Shown here: one piece after another, positions 13,158 to 26,100 of the stretch | Layout of the letters: every line of letters starts with the position of its first letter | How positions within the stretch are numbered: the stretch's first letter is position 1 | Sequence record: MW630116.1 | Strand: one strand, 5' to 3' | From: Escherichia phage vB_EcoM-ZQ3 | DNA: 64,000 nucleotides | Translations under genes and position numbers: made by a program | Notes under the pieces: model-generated | Told to the model about the DNA's origin: nothing | Seen by the model: only the letters and a program-made list of their open reading frames with translations | Database searches by the model: none

Positions 13158-13982
13158 TTATTGTTTTCTAGGACCAGGAGGGGTTGGTGGAGTCGGGATT
13201 GGAATATCATGAGTATAAGTTTGTTCAACTTCACCATTCCAATCTTGGGCTTCAACGTCTCTCGGTTTAATTTCTGTATCAACTGATTCAAAAACGCTGG
13301 CGGCTGTTTGAAGGTCTCGTTCATTAGCATGAAAATCAAGATAAGTCGTTTTAATAAGGCCTTCAGCTGCGCCTACCGGAGGATACATCCATCCATTTAC
13401 TTCAAATGTTAATGACCACTCTAAACGTCGACGGGATAAATTATCACCGTCTATTTGTTCATCCATTGCTGCTGCCATCCATACGACTTTAATATCCCTT
13501 TCAAATGGAATATCCTGCCCATATTGCTCAATCATAGTCGTATTAAAATGCGGCTGAAAATATGGAATAATTTGCTCAACGATTTGGAACATATCATCTT
13601 CATAACGAGTAAAGATGCTCAGTTCAAAAATCATTTTAATTGGTGATGGGTTGTATTGGTCTACAATATCCTTAGTCGATTTACTCAAAAGAGAGTTATT
13701 CAATATATTCGTTTTAAACGTCGGGTTATAAACGAAATCTACCATTTGGAGATTTATACGTGGTAGAATAGTTTCGACTTTAGCCACATCTTCTTGTGAG
13801 TTTATAGAGGTCCATTTATTAAGTTTCATCATAAAGTGCTCTTTAGATGCATACGTAATAGGAACTCTAATTAATTTATTGCCTGTAGACAATTGACGGT
13901 TAACTTGGATATTTGAAAACAAATCGCCCATCATTGTGATATATCGCCTGAACGACGAGTTGTAAAAATAGCCAAACATCAT
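13158..13982 (-). CDS. 15: tail sheath stabiliser / tail completion protein gp15
   Basis: 274 aa; N-terminus MFGYFYNSSFRRY as recalled for T4 gp15. Confidence 0.85.
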   Translation of the reverse strand: MMFGYFYNSSFRRYITMMGDLFSNIQVNRQLSTGNKLIRVPITYASKEHFMMKLNKWTSINSQEDVAKVETILPRINLQMVDFVYNPTFKTNILNNSLLSKSTKDIVDQYNPSPIKMIFELSIFTRYEDDMFQIVEQIIPYFQPHFNTTMIEQYGQDIPFERDIKVVWMAAAMDEQIDGDNLSRRRLEWSLTFEVNGWMYPPVGAAEGLIKTTYLDFHANERDLQTAASVFESVDTEIKPRDVEAQDWNGEVEQTYTHDIPIPTPPTPPGPRKQ

Positions 13983-14031
13983 TTCTCCTAACCGGCCTTT
14001 CGACCGGTGTTTGCTTTATCTTATCTATTTA

Positions 14032-14796
14032 TTAATTCATAAACCCATCGTCAAACGGTGAATTTTGTCTACCACGGTTGTTAACTACTACGTATGGTTC
14101 AACGTATTCACTTGCCTCTGAATTGATTTGCTCAACTTCAGAATATTCATCGATATTAATGTCATGGATACCGTCAAGATTTCTAACAGGGTTAAGTTCC
14201 AAGTCACTAAATTCAGGTATATTGATACCTTCATTTTTCTGAAGCACCGGATTGATTTCTTCACCAGAGTAAATAAACTTGCCTGCAGTAATTTTACGAA
14301 TTGCATTTTTACCTACTTGATAGAATGGGTCATATGGTTCAACCCAGTTAATCTCAAACAAACTGTTGTCCATTGGGAAGTATATTAAATCACCTTCCTT
14401 AGGCTCCTGATTGTTGACCTGGTGTTTGAAAAGACCTGGGTTAATAGATAATGTAACTTCGTCTTGAACTTGCATTCCGAAGTTGCTGAAGAACGATTTC
14501 GCTCCTTCATAACCTTCAAATGAGTTCAGATATGCTGCAAATTTCCATGCTTTAGTAAATTTATTTTTAAGGTCCTCGCCAAAGATAAGGTCCACAGCAA
14601 CATATTCACGTGGAACATAAAAACATTCAATACCACGCATCTGTATGCTTTCTGCCACTAGAACATCGGCTAATGTCTGGCTATTCTCATAGTTATTAAA
14701 ATTGACAAATGGATTGAGGATTTCAGTCTCATTTGTCTGAGAATACCCACCACGATTTTCCAGCTTGGCGAAAAGATTTTTATCATAAGTAGCCAT
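14032..14796 (-). CDS. 14: neck protein gp14
   Basis: 254 aa; synteny and length. Confidence 0.85.
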   Translation of the reverse strand: MATYDKNLFAKLENRGGYSQTNETEILNPFVNFNNYENSQTLADVLVAESIQMRGIECFYVPREYVAVDLIFGEDLKNKFTKAWKFAAYLNSFEGYEGAKSFFSNFGMQVQDEVTLSINPGLFKHQVNNQEPKEGDLIYFPMDNSLFEINWVEPYDPFYQVGKNAIRKITAGKFIYSGEEINPVLQKNEGINIPEFSDLELNPVRNLDGIHDINIDEYSEVEQINSEASEYVEPYVVVNNRGRQNSPFDDGFMN

Positions 14797-14797
14797 A

Positions 14798-15724
14798 TTA
14801 ACCTACCAAAATACCTGCAGGAGGGTCCAGTAAATATAACTCTTCTCGTAAAGCTTCTTTCTCTAAACGAGCTTCTTCAATTAATCGAACACCATCAACA
14901 GTGACGCCACCAGGTAACATCATACCTTGATGTTTAGCAAGAATTTGTCCATTAAGCTCTTTAGCTAATGCAGTTGCATAATCTTTAACCCAGCGGTTGT
15001 TATATGCGCCTTGTTTAGTTGCAGGATCTTCACCAACTCGGCGTCCGACCAAATTATGGTCTGGATTATCATAACGTTCAGAAATAGACCATGAATCACG
15101 AGGACCTACCTGTCCGTACCCTACTGTATTTCCTACCATCTTATGGGTCTCGATATAAGAGCGAACATACGATTCAACGATAATGACATCTTTCTGTCTA
15201 AAGTTACCCATTACTTTTAATTGCTCGTTTGCAGAGTTAAACCAAAAATCTGGAAGAGGAGCAATCATATCTTGAAGCATACCCATATAAGATACTAATT
15301 GAGAATAATACCCGAGATCAGCGCCAAAAGCGTTCGGGCCGTAGAATTTACCGCAATTACTACCCATACCACCTGAAACACCTGCCATTCCTAAAAGGAA
15401 ATCAGTGAACCATGGATAAGTTGCATTACCATCCATTGAAGTAATAGAGCCAACGTTTGTTCTTATAATTCTTGTTACAGCAAATACGTTAGAACCACGC
15501 ATATCAAATACGCCGTGACGGTATTTTTCTTCGTCATCAACAAAAAATACGTGGAAACCTTTATTCAACCCGTCAAAATGGTATTCGCCATAAAGTTCTA
15601 ACGCTCGTGAAATACAATCATAAATTTGATCTGTAGTTAATTCAACATTTACAATAGGAGCGCCTAAACGACGTAATATTACGTCCTTTAATTCTTTAGG
15701 GTTTTGTGCATTATAACCTGACAT
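14798..15724 (-). CDS. 13: neck protein gp13
   Basis: 308 aa; synteny and length. Confidence 0.85.
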   Translation of the reverse strand: MSGYNAQNPKELKDVILRRLGAPIVNVELTTDQIYDCISRALELYGEYHFDGLNKGFHVFFVDDEEKYRHGVFDMRGSNVFAVTRIIRTNVGSITSMDGNATYPWFTDFLLGMAGVSGGMGSNCGKFYGPNAFGADLGYYSQLVSYMGMLQDMIAPLPDFWFNSANEQLKVMGNFRQKDVIIVESYVRSYIETHKMVGNTVGYGQVGPRDSWSISERYDNPDHNLVGRRVGEDPATKQGAYNNRWVKDYATALAKELNGQILAKHQGMMLPGGVTVDGVRLIEEARLEKEALREELYLLDPPAGILVG

Positions 15725-15736
15725 ATAAATCCTTTA

Positions 15737-15750
15737 GGGCCCGAAGGCCC
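15737..15750 (-). terminator. hairpin GGGCC-CGAA-GGCCC between wac and gene 13
   Basis: perfect 5-bp GC stem with tetraloop directly after wac stop. Confidence 0.4.
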
Positions 15751-15756
15751 TTTTCA

Positions 15757-17205
15757 TTAAGCTGTAGGAAGTTCAACCCATGCACCGTCTTTGCGAACAT
15801 AGAATTTACCGTCTGAAGGAGCATCTTCAATATATCCAGCTTCCTTAAGAGTTTGGATTTCAGCTTCTGCGGCGGCCAAATCAGTTTCAAGAGTAGCAAT
15901 TCTAGAAGTTAAACCATTAATTGTCGTATCGTGACTTTTAACTGTAGGCAATATACCACGTTCTTCAACAGTCGAACCATTTGGGTTGGTGCCGTTTATA
16001 AGAGTATTTAATGTGTTTACAGAACCCTTAATCCCTGTGGTATTAGTCCCAACATCAGTTTGAATGTTCTGAATGTCATTACTCATCTCACCGATAGATC
16101 CTTCAAGCGCTCGAGTACGATAAAGCAAAGAGCCGGCTGGTTCCGGTTTCCCACCTGAAGCGTCAACACCAACTACGTTATTTAACCATGACACATTAAA
16201 ACGCAATCCTGACGAAGAATCAGAGCCGACAACAGTGTTCAATGCTCCGATAGCATCAGTATTGAGTTTAATACGTCCTTGGATTGTAGTAGGCAAATCA
16301 TCGGTGCCAATGGCAGTTTCTACTGTAGTCAAACGAGGTTTAATACCACCTGATTGATTGAGCTCAAGATTAATGTCGTTTATTGCTGAACTATTCGCAT
16401 TAGTTGTAGTAATAATAGAAGTCGTATTAGGATACCCAATAGACTGTTTAATGCCATCTAAGTCAGCATTTTGACGCGACAAAGTTAAATCAATACCGGA
16501 AAGACGACTAAATACTGGAGTAGTGAAAGAAGTGCGAGGTCCCATTTCTTCGCGTAAGTGTTCGACTTCATTAGTTAAAGAGCCGACGTCAGAATCAGCA
16601 AATTTAGTTTCTAGATCAGTTAATCGAACACCGTGGTCAACAATCACGGAGCTATTAGTCATAATACGGCGTTTCATACCAGTGCTATCATTTCCTGGAG
16701 TAGGAACCCCATTAATATCTTGACCAGTATATTGTCCTAATTCATTTTTAATCCAAAGCAGGTCGTTACGAACGGTTCTATAAACTGAATCTGTTTCCTG
16801 ATTATAAACACCAATATCATCAGTATTCGCATCAATATGTTCATTCAAATCATTCAATTCACTAGCATGGGTTTGAACTGTGACTTTAATGACATCAATA
16901 TCTTGGGTGTTCTGACCAATCTGTGCAAGTGCTTCGACGTCCCCGGAAACATCTAAAATACCTTGAATAACTTTTATATCTTCATTGGCTGTATTCAAAG
17001 AAGATGCTATAGTTTTAATATTAGTATCTAACGCTTCTACGTTACGTTGAACTTCAACAATAGGACGGTTCATTACACCTTCAGAACCGTATTTTGTATC
17101 AGCACCGGTAATTTCTTCGTCGTTTTTAATCCATTCAATACGACTCTGACCCGCGTCTGGCGGGCCGTCAACATATGGTAAATCTACCAGAGTTATATCA
17201 GCCAT
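15757..17205 (-). CDS. wac: fibritin (whisker antigen control)
   Basis: 482 aa; coiled-coil segments; C-terminal foldon-like GYIEDAPSDGKFYVRKDGAWVEL. Confidence 0.9.
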   Translation of the reverse strand: MADITLVDLPYVDGPPDAGQSRIEWIKNDEEITGADTKYGSEGVMNRPIVEVQRNVEALDTNIKTIASSLNTANEDIKVIQGILDVSGDVEALAQIGQNTQDIDVIKVTVQTHASELNDLNEHIDANTDDIGVYNQETDSVYRTVRNDLLWIKNELGQYTGQDINGVPTPGNDSTGMKRRIMTNSSVIVDHGVRLTDLETKFADSDVGSLTNEVEHLREEMGPRTSFTTPVFSRLSGIDLTLSRQNADLDGIKQSIGYPNTTSIITTTNANSSAINDINLELNQSGGIKPRLTTVETAIGTDDLPTTIQGRIKLNTDAIGALNTVVGSDSSSGLRFNVSWLNNVVGVDASGGKPEPAGSLLYRTRALEGSIGEMSNDIQNIQTDVGTNTTGIKGSVNTLNTLINGTNPNGSTVEERGILPTVKSHDTTINGLTSRIATLETDLAAAEAEIQTLKEAGYIEDAPSDGKFYVRKDGAWVELPTA

Positions 17206-18788
17206 TATTTTACCTTAATAATATAGTTTAAAGAAATATTCCATGGACGAGTTTCATTTCCAATTAATTCTGGACGATTCATGGTATATTTAGAGTTACG
17301 CTGAGACGCTGGATCAATTTCATATCCTTCGTTAGTAAAATATGAACGGTTATCCCAGTCAAGTCCTTTACGAGTACCAACAAAGTTTGAACGACGAGTA
17401 TTACCAAATGCACCGGAATCATTGTGTTCGCCAAAACCACCAGCATGTTTATGATATGACATCTGTTGTTTTTGCACTTCACCGACATATCCACCAGTAC
17501 AACCAACTCCTAAACGAGGTTTACCAAATTGGTCATTACCATTAACATTAGGGTTAGTTAAATGTGTACCACGACCTGAGCCGCGAACAAATAATCCACG
17601 CATATCAGGCAAGCCCGGGTTAGAAGAGCTACCACCATATCGTGTCCCAATTCTGGAAGCATATACCGGACATTCTGAAGCAGAAACGGTCCCACCGTGA
17701 CAGAAGCGCCAGTCAGAACTCGGTAAACTATCTGCAGCCCACATTGTAATAGAGCCAACAGGAAGAATTCGGTCTAATTCATTTTGAGTCACAATACGAT
17801 TGCCTTGAATATAACCACCAGTCATATTGACATTACCAGTTATATTAGCTCCACCAGAACCAACCGTCAACGTATTATTAATGCGAAGCGTGCCGTTAAT
17901 AGTTTGTCCACCTCGTTGGTGGATAACATCAGCATTCCAAGCAAGGGCAGAAGAACCATCACCACCTGATTGGCTACCAGCTTGTGTAGTTAAACGAACA
18001 ACTCCACGTAAAGAAGTTGTAGCCCCACGCCCGTTTAATGTTGCGCCTGTCACTACAGCTGAAGAGTTGTTACTATTTACTTCAGTCTGTGTCCCTAGTT
18101 TAACGACGCCTTTATTAGTTTCTGATGCTACTGAATTCATAAAGGTATAAGGTGAAATTGCATAGCCTTCACGCAGGGTGCCTTGTTGTGCTTGAGCAAC
18201 TGTAGCCAAACGAACAACACCTGTAATAGATTCGGTGGCGTCACTATTATTTGGAGCAATTTGTGAAATAAGTTTAATTGCTAATTGTTGCGTTTTTAAC
18301 GGAGTCATTGCCGTTGTATCGTCAGAACCAGCTAATGCCGCAGCAGAAGTTGAAATTTTAATTACACCATTTGTTGCTTCTGTTGACACTTTTGTCTGAA
18401 ATACATTGTCTATTTTTTGATTCAATTTAAGCGGAGTAATTGATGCATCGTCAATAGCTCCGGTTACTGCTTCATCTTCAGTAGCATAACGAGTTAAACC
18501 ATATTGTGTTTCGGTTGCATTAGGATATTGTAGACGAGCATTCAGTGTTGCCGGAGTAACAGCTTTACTATTATCTAATCCATCAATAACTTCTTGTGGA
18601 GTAGCTATTTGAATAATTCCTGGTGTAGTAGTTGTTGCTTCCGGTACGCCATTAACACCTGAAGGAGAAATAGCAGCTAATGCGGCTTGGACATTAGTGA
18701 CTGTATCTGGAAAATTCGACCCCGTAGGGTCGAATTCAACGTAAACGGATTCGTTTGAAACGTGTTGGTATGTATTGTTATTACTCAT
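17205..18788 (-). CDS. 12: short tail fibre protein gp12
   Basis: 527 aa; length identical to T4 gp12; synteny. Confidence 0.9.
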   Translation of the reverse strand: MSNNNTYQHVSNESVYVEFDPTGSNFPDTVTNVQAALAAISPSGVNGVPEATTTTPGIIQIATPQEVIDGLDNSKAVTPATLNARLQYPNATETQYGLTRYATEDEAVTGAIDDASITPLKLNQKIDNVFQTKVSTEATNGVIKISTSAAALAGSDDTTAMTPLKTQQLAIKLISQIAPNNSDATESITGVVRLATVAQAQQGTLREGYAISPYTFMNSVASETNKGVVKLGTQTEVNSNNSSAVVTGATLNGRGATTSLRGVVRLTTQAGSQSGGDGSSALAWNADVIHQRGGQTINGTLRINNTLTVGSGGANITGNVNMTGGYIQGNRIVTQNELDRILPVGSITMWAADSLPSSDWRFCHGGTVSASECPVYASRIGTRYGGSSSNPGLPDMRGLFVRGSGRGTHLTNPNVNGNDQFGKPRLGVGCTGGYVGEVQKQQMSYHKHAGGFGEHNDSGAFGNTRRSNFVGTRKGLDWDNRSYFTNEGYEIDPASQRNSKYTMNRPELIGNETRPWNISLNYIIKVK

Positions 18789-19444
18789 GAGGCTCTCACA
18801 AAGTGGTAGAAAACGGTAGGAGTATCATGGTTATCAAGAGTAACCGTTTGGGCACCCAATAAATTCCATGTTCCGTATCCGGATTTTGCTTCAGACAAAA
18901 TTTCTTGCGAAATTGTTACACCAAACGAAGCATATGTTGGCAACACATGACGTTGGTTATCTAAATATGTCACCTGAAGTTTATTACCTTCAGACGGATG
19001 GTCTTTATAAGAAGAAATAGCGATTTGATTAGCAATGGCTTCTTGTAAAGCTATACGAACTTGTGCCGTTAATTCGTTATCAGTCATACCGATTGTTGCT
19101 TTAACAGCAAGTCCAAATACGTTAATAACGACTGGCGTTCCAGTGTCCAAAGTATCGTCGAGAACATCACCAGAAAAAGTCCAATAATCAACTTGTGCTG
19201 TACCTTCAGGCGATATGCCTGAAGTGTTTGTGACAACAGTACCAATATCGGCTCGTGCCATATTATGGACATCATTTATTGCAGATTCTACGTTAGCATC
19301 ATAAAAACCGCGAGCTAACTGAGAAATAGTTACGGAACCTACAGCTTGGTTGTTTAAAACATCAATTTGAGCTGGGTTTTTTCTGTAATTCAAAAAATCA
19401 GCATGACGGGAAATAACTCCCGCCTTTGTATTAAGTACAGTCAT
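18785..19444 (-). CDS. 11: baseplate wedge / short tail fibre attachment protein gp11
   Basis: 219 aa from ATG at 19444 (TAATG overlap with gene 10 stop); the longer 225-aa ORF start lies inside gene 10. Confidence 0.88.
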   Translation of the reverse strand: MTVLNTKAGVISRHADFLNYRKNPAQIDVLNNQAVGSVTISQLARGFYDANVESAINDVHNMARADIGTVVTNTSGISPEGTAQVDYWTFSGDVLDDTLDTGTPVVINVFGLAVKATIGMTDNELTAQVRIALQEAIANQIAISSYKDHPSEGNKLQVTYLDNQRHVLPTYASFGVTISQEILSEAKSGYGTWNLLGAQTVTLDNHDTPTVFYHFVRAS

Positions 19445-21249
19445 TATGCAATCCTTACCCAACGGTATACAGTTATAGATGGCTGAATATTAGTTATAGA
19501 ACGCGCTGGAACATGAGATCCATTAGTCTTTGCATAGTCTTCACGATATTTAGTGTAAATAGGACCTTCTTCATCTGGGTCATATTGGCAACCGCCTATA
19601 ATTACTGTACCATTATCATCAGAAATAAGAACCTTTTCGTCGGTTTGTGTAGCTGGTAAATCAGCATTTTCTAATGTGATGGTTGTTACACCAACGGTAC
19701 CACCTGCGGTATGAGTAGGGTTACCATTGACGTCAAGGTCATTATTATTTAATGCAAAATTAGGATCCGACGCGTCGTCATTCCAACCTGCTAATACTTT
19801 GCCTTGTCCCCAAATTTTCCACGAACCAAAACCTAAATAAGTTGCCGGATTATTAGGGTTAACCGCATTTTCGTAAATAGTCCCAACAGGATAAATTGTA
19901 TCAAATATTGCTGAGATAGTCGAGAATTCACGTTCATACTTAGGAACAGGTTCTACATTAGGCCATCCAATTTTATCGAAATCGGTTAATGCAACGTCAC
20001 CAGTAATTTCAACGTTAGACCCTTGAGAAACATATTTCTCATCAGCGACATCAAGGATTTCTTCCATTTCAAGAAGAGTTCCTAAATCGTTATTAAACCA
20101 TGTGATGGTAATAATGTCTTGGTCTTCAAATTGACGGTCAAACAGAATTGCGCTAGGGATATTATCAGTATATTCAATCGCATAATCTGTGTACGATTGA
20201 GTCCATGTCCCACCGAGATTAGCGCATGACTCTTCAGAATCGGCATCCACACCTTCGCAACGGAAAATAGGAGTTCCAACAGTACCAGCTAATTCTTGGA
20301 GAATACCGTTGAAGCGAACTTCTAACGAATTAGGGTTAGGTGGTTCCGTAGGATTAATACCAAATGCTGTAAATGGAATAGACCGGAACGTACTCAAATC
20401 AGTGACGTAAATACTTCCATCAATAGACTTTTTAGCAGTCAATTTACTATCTAAAATGCGAACTTGGCGACGAGTATATGAACTACGCCACTGAGAAACA
20501 CCATCTAGGAATGTCTCAATTTGTACAGTGTCCCCAACATTACATGGTTGGCGTAATCTAATATTAAATCCATCAAGTGCAACCAGTTCACCAGGATTAG
20601 CGCCTGGAGAACCAAAATCACTATTATCACTGAATACATCACCATAATACAATTCGTTGCCACGATGTTTTACACGAATGTTGTTAACGTTATAAGAAGT
20701 CCCGTTAAAAACATCCATGAAATCGGTCTGACCTTGTGTTTCAACCAGATATTCTCTACGAGCAACATTACTAATGTCAGAGCTAACTATTTTATCAATT
20801 TGTTTGTTCTTGATGTATTCCCAACGTCCAGGAGCACAATAAACTAATTCTAAATCAGAGAACTGAACGTTAATTTCTACCGGAGATGAAGAACCTTTAA
20901 TAGTGTCTCCGTTTGCCGGAATTAAAGTAACAGGGTTAATGTTCCAAGTTGCAAATACGTCACGAGCACGAATAACTTTATTATAGTCTGCAATTGTCCC
21001 TTTAGGAAGATTTACCGAAACTCGTCCAGAAGTAGTATTAATTGCATAAGATTTACCCCAAGCGGCATTAAGATTAAGACCATCAGCCGCATCATAAGTC
21101 TTCCATGCGCCAGCGGAATAAGGAACTTCACCATCACCTAATTCATAATAGATTTCGTCAAAGTTCTCATTTATTTTTTCACCACCTCGACGAAGGTAAT
21201 CGCCTTGTCCGTCATCAACGACGTTACCAATTTTAATATTTTGTTTCAT
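19444..21249 (-). CDS. 10: baseplate wedge protein gp10
   Basis: 601 aa; synteny and length. Confidence 0.9.
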   Translation of the reverse strand: MKQNIKIGNVVDDGQGDYLRRGGEKINENFDEIYYELGDGEVPYSAGAWKTYDAADGLNLNAAWGKSYAINTTSGRVSVNLPKGTIADYNKVIRARDVFATWNINPVTLIPANGDTIKGSSSPVEINVQFSDLELVYCAPGRWEYIKNKQIDKIVSSDISNVARREYLVETQGQTDFMDVFNGTSYNVNNIRVKHRGNELYYGDVFSDNSDFGSPGANPGELVALDGFNIRLRQPCNVGDTVQIETFLDGVSQWRSSYTRRQVRILDSKLTAKKSIDGSIYVTDLSTFRSIPFTAFGINPTEPPNPNSLEVRFNGILQELAGTVGTPIFRCEGVDADSEESCANLGGTWTQSYTDYAIEYTDNIPSAILFDRQFEDQDIITITWFNNDLGTLLEMEEILDVADEKYVSQGSNVEITGDVALTDFDKIGWPNVEPVPKYEREFSTISAIFDTIYPVGTIYENAVNPNNPATYLGFGSWKIWGQGKVLAGWNDDASDPNFALNNNDLDVNGNPTHTAGGTVGVTTITLENADLPATQTDEKVLISDDNGTVIIGGCQYDPDEEGPIYTKYREDYAKTNGSHVPARSITNIQPSITVYRWVRIA

Positions 21250-22121
21250 TATTGAGCGACCCCAATTTTCTGAGTTGAGATAATTTTAACTGCTGAACGT
21301 AATCCAATAATATCAGATGTAATCGTCATAGTAGCAAAGTTGTTAATAATACTAAAGCTAATATTAGCAATCTCGTCGGTTTCATCTACATTACCAACTC
21401 GCATTACTGCAAATTCGGTAGAAAGAACTTCTGAGTTAATTGTATCTATTAGAATATTTATTTCGCATGTTTTTATTTTTCTACCGTCGGCGGATTGGCA
21501 TGTAACAAGCAATTTAGCCATGTTATAATCCGTGCGATAAAACAGAGGAATAGAAACTGTGTTTCCTGTAAGACTCCAAGTCCCATCGACAGGAGATTCT
21601 TTCTGCCCAAACATGCTATCAGTAGAATAATTCCATACTGAAGTTGGCCCATTAAGTTCAATACAACGAAGAACAACATGGGTATAAGGGGTGGAAATAA
21701 CAAGATTATTAAGAACGCCTTTAATTGAACCATCGGTTACTTGGATACTTAAAGGATTGTTAACAGAAATAGACCCATTAGAGTTTATGAATTCTACAGA
21801 GTCACCTAATTCAGGACGGTCAATAATAACAATCACACCACCATCAGAAGCATCAATATCATGCATGGTGCCTGGTTTAATAGGAGTTTGATAATCGACA
21901 GCCTTTCCTTTTTGATAATAGCCTGTGGCATGAATAGTTTGACCTGTAGGTCCGGTTCCATCTGCTACAGCCATTTTACGTTGATCGCCAAATGCATTGT
22001 AAATAGCGTTGATATCGTCATTTATTTTATTACCACCGTCGAATAAGATATCACCTGTTGAGGCATTACCAATTTCGCCGGTATCGATTAATTGTTTAGG
22101 AGTTTGCTTAAAAAATGCCAT
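21249..22121 (-). CDS. 9: baseplate wedge / long tail fibre socket protein gp9
   Basis: 290 aa; synteny and length. Confidence 0.88.
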   Translation of the reverse strand: MAFFKQTPKQLIDTGEIGNASTGDILFDGGNKINDDINAIYNAFGDQRKMAVADGTGPTGQTIHATGYYQKGKAVDYQTPIKPGTMHDIDASDGGVIVIIDRPELGDSVEFINSNGSISVNNPLSIQVTDGSIKGVLNNLVISTPYTHVVLRCIELNGPTSVWNYSTDSMFGQKESPVDGTWSLTGNTVSIPLFYRTDYNMAKLLVTCQSADGRKIKTCEINILIDTINSEVLSTEFAVMRVGNVDETDEIANISFSIINNFATMTITSDIIGLRSAVKIISTQKIGVAQ

Positions 22122-22153
22122 AATTCTGCCTTTTGTTGTCCGATATTATATTC

Positions 22154-22161
22154 TATTTATA
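22154..22161 (-). promoter_or_regulatory. late promoter TATAAATA for gene 9
   Basis: exact TATAAATA on minus strand 34 nt upstream of gene 9 ATG. Confidence 0.5.
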
Positions 22162-22172
22162 GATACAAAAAT

Positions 22173-22190
22173 GGGAGCCCGAAGGCTCCC
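22173..22190 (-). terminator. hairpin GGGAGCC-CGAA-GGCTCCC after gene 8
   Basis: perfect 7-bp stem with tetraloop immediately downstream of gene 8 stop. Confidence 0.4.
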
Positions 22191-22193
22191 TAA

Positions 22194-23198
22194 TTAAAAC
22201 ATAAACAAAATGTTAATTTCTTCTGTTTGGTCCATTGCCATAATAACAGGTGGTCGGTTTTCCATATAAATCATTTCACCGGAATGACGCTGCAGATCTC
22301 TAGGGTCGTAATAATCCTTTTCTGCTTTAACATTAGGGTCATTTGGATTTTTCTTAGCTTCTAACGGGTTTGTGATAATTGATATCTGTCTAAAACCCTT
22401 GTTACCAGGCAAAGCTGCCTCAGGGAAATAAACAGAATCAAAATATGCTTTAAACCGCATCGTATTAGCTTTAACACGGTAAATCAAGCCGTAGTCATCT
22501 TGTTGCCAAGTTAAGTTATTTTCATATCCCCAACGGGCGGGGTCTTCTTTAATTTCTTCCGGCCATGGAACTACAAGATATTCGTTAGTGCAACGGTTAA
22601 TTGACACATCGGCAGGAATCTCATAAAGATACTCCCAAATATATCCATCACCGGTTTCGATAACCCCATTAGCATCGCCTCTGCCTTCAGGAGGAGACAT
22701 AGAACGAACAGACGGAGTCCATTTACCACCTAATTTAAGACATTCATCTTTATTATCTAAAGATTCTATTGAACAGAGCCCTACATCAGGGACATCTAAA
22801 CAACGGTAAATTAACCAACCAGCTCCAACTTCTGTCGCGTTGTACGGAGCAGTATTACATGCGACTATATCGTTAATTCTAAACGTGTAAGGGTCTGGAT
22901 ATCGCACATCTCCCCAATCACGTCTAGGAATAACAGAATCTAACATTGAAGGTAAAACTTTAACTGTACCCATCATATGGGTCCACATATCAGTAACACC
23001 AAGAACAGAATCTGTAGGATAAGGCGGGGCGAAGCCCACCTCATTTTCATTTGACGCCCAAGGCTCTGAACGTCCAAACGTAATATAAATGGAGTTCTTA
23101 TCATCTCCATCCCCAACTGAATTATAAAAATTCAGCATTTTCTCTGTTCTAAATTTTGATGTAACTATTGCACGATAGATAACACTTGAATCATTCAT
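22194..23198 (-). CDS. 8: baseplate wedge protein gp8
   Basis: 334 aa, same length as T4 gp8; synteny. Confidence 0.9.
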   Translation of the reverse strand: MNDSSVIYRAIVTSKFRTEKMLNFYNSVGDGDDKNSIYITFGRSEPWASNENEVGFAPPYPTDSVLGVTDMWTHMMGTVKVLPSMLDSVIPRRDWGDVRYPDPYTFRINDIVACNTAPYNATEVGAGWLIYRCLDVPDVGLCSIESLDNKDECLKLGGKWTPSVRSMSPPEGRGDANGVIETGDGYIWEYLYEIPADVSINRCTNEYLVVPWPEEIKEDPARWGYENNLTWQQDDYGLIYRVKANTMRFKAYFDSVYFPEAALPGNKGFRQISIITNPLEAKKNPNDPNVKAEKDYYDPRDLQRHSGEMIYMENRPPVIMAMDQTEEINILFMF

Positions 23199-26100
23199 CT
23201 AATTTAACCTGTGGTGGATTCACGGGGTCTCTTGGATTTCCTACATTATCGATTAACCGTTGTTCAACCAAATCTCTAAATCTAGAGAATGTTGTTCCGG
23301 ACGCATCAAATAATGGGCTCATCAGTTTACGTCGTTCCGATGGAAGTTGACCTTGAAATATGGAGTTATTGTTTTCAGCGTTATAATCTTCAGGCAATGG
23401 ATAATCTTGACCAGCCATAGGGCCTATTTCATATATCGCTTCACCTGTAATAGGGTCAAACTCAACATTTCCTTGTGGGTCTAATTTAGCCACTCGGTCT
23501 GCATATTTAGTCGGTAATCCAGAATCCCACTTATAGTTTTTGTATTTATTAATAATGGTTTCAACATGTTTAAGTGTTAATCCGGTGTTAATAAACATTG
23601 TGAGAAGGGTAATTGCGATAAATCCAAATCCAACCGGATGAACAAAACGTAATACGTCTGATTTCCAACGAGATGATGGAAGTTTAGATTTAATCTTCAT
23701 TACGTAGTATGCTCTACCACGATTTATGTAATCGATGTTGTTCTGAGAAAGCTCCTTACCTTTAATACCACGAACAATTTCACCTTCAAAACTAGGGAGT
23801 CTTTCAGCTTTAACTTCCTGACCTTGAATTAAACGACCTAAGAGGTTGTGAATTGTTACAGTCCATTGTAATTTACCTTTAGAGTAACTTCTCTCGATAT
23901 ACGTTACATTACAACGTCCTGTAGCGGTGTATATGGTTTGTCCGACCAAATCTTCTGTCAACGAATCAGATTCAATGATGATATCATATTCGGTCCCGGA
24001 ACTAGATTCAATTTCAATTTCAACATCTTCGTTATAAAGCACTTTAAACAAGAATTTATATGATGCTTCAGTTCCTTTAGTTGAATAGAAGTCATAACTT
24101 CTTGATTCAAAGAAACGAGACACTAAATCGCGTTTTTCAGCGTTTAAGTAAATGTTTCGTTTATAAATCTCAGACCATAAATATTCCCACGCATGCTCTT
24201 CGCGCGGATATTGATTTTTAATAAGATTTAAAAGGTTGTTATAATGGGTCCCATAGCCGTCAGAAAGATACTGAATATAAGCCTCGCAGAATGCTTCGAA
24301 GTTTGTATTATCTAAAAGATAAGACTCTGGCATCATTGTAGTGAGCAATGGACGTAAATCCGGGTCCGCAATACCATTCTCTTCCACAGGAGTCCATGTG
24401 GTATCTTTTTCTTGGTTTTGTAATGATGCTGTTAAGAATATATTAGTAGGCTTCCAAATTATAGAAACATTATCTCTAACACGATAACTAAAATCATAAT
24501 AAGAAATAATCTCACCTGATGCTTTATAGAAAATCATGCCAGATGCATATTTTTTAAATCCGGTGAAATCTACGTTAGGCATCACTATTGTACAGTCACC
24601 GTCATTCCAATATTCATGAACTTCACGGTCTGAAGAACTAAGTGGATGATTCTCAATAACCTTAGTGTAAAGTAAATCAGAATAAATTACAACGGCTTTG
24701 TCTGAGTTATTAATCCAACACCGAGTACCAGACTTTCTAGAATAACTAAAGAATGGCTCAGCATAGTATTCCATCGGTTGAGGAGTGAACGATTCCCATT
24801 GAGAGTCTTCAGTTGAAATAAATGACATCATATGATAATGTTTATCAGCCAACCATTCGCGAGGATACTCGTATTTAACAGCACCGATTAAACCGTACTT
24901 GACTTGTGTTTTTGGGTCATCAACAATATCTGATTCTAAAAATTTAAAATTACTAGATGAAATAGATAACTCAACACCATCAGTAGACATACTGGTGTAC
25001 CCAGGTTCAATACGACGGCGTTCTTCTTCAGTATTACCAAACACACGTTTAAATGTGCCAGCGTCATGGTCTAGAACGTAAACACCCTTATCAACAGAAT
25101 CAACAATAGGAGTGGTCCTCGGGTCGTCGTTAAGATTAACAACTTCGCCGATAATCAGTGCAAATATTTTACCACCGACAGAATCCATTTTATAGCAAAC
25201 TGCCTTAGGGTTACCTGTGATGTTAAATGTTTCTTGTTCAAACAAACGTTCGGAATATGTCGGAGATAATGGGTCTGAATCAATAGGGGCATTACTAGTT
25301 TTAATAAAACGAACTTTATCTCGAGCAGCAACGTATACATAATCGTCATTGCAAACGATAGCTTCTGCAATACGTGATACGTTAGCAGGTAATGATGCAT
25401 AGTTACCAAATATTTCTACATCAAATCCTAAATTTAACTGGTCACCAATTTTAGCAAATGTTATATCTTGAGAACTAAATCTCACATCATCAGCAGACCA
25501 ACGAACGTCAGTTGATTTACGGCCGTAAAATAATTTATCATACCCAAGAACATACGTGGTGTGATCTGTCTGGTAATACACTGTTCTTGATACAGGGTAC
25601 CCTACACGGTCATTAAACAATTTAACCGATTTCCAGGTTTGTCCCTTATCATTAGAGACTTTAACCACAGGCTGATACCGTTCAAACAAATAAAGAATTC
25701 CTTCGGATTCCATCAAATAAACACGGTTTATATCATGACACACCTGTTGAATCGAACCTTGAATTTCATGATACTCATTTTCGCCAATAATGAAATTTTT
25801 AATAGATGAAATATCAGCATAAGCAGGGCTAAATTGGAACGATTCATTCATTAGAGCTGCCATTATAGTGTCGTTATTAAAATCGACATAAGCCATGTTG
25901 TTATTTGTAAATTTTTCTCTAATAAAAGTGTTAGCCAATTGCATTTCAATCATATGTTGAAATGTATAAGCGTTGGTCTGAAATGATTCAAATATTTCGG
26001 TATATACCCAATCAGATCTCTCGAAGCCTTCAGCGGCAGTTGATACACGAATAATATAAGAAGTTAATGGGTCTAAGCTATTTTCGAACCAGTCGCTATT

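Noticed and set aside
19444-19462. Longer gene 11 start (MGKDCIM...) 18 nt upstream
   Set aside because: That start lies inside the gene 10 coding region; the ATG at 19444 gives the expected 219-aa gp11 with a TAATG stop-start overlap.
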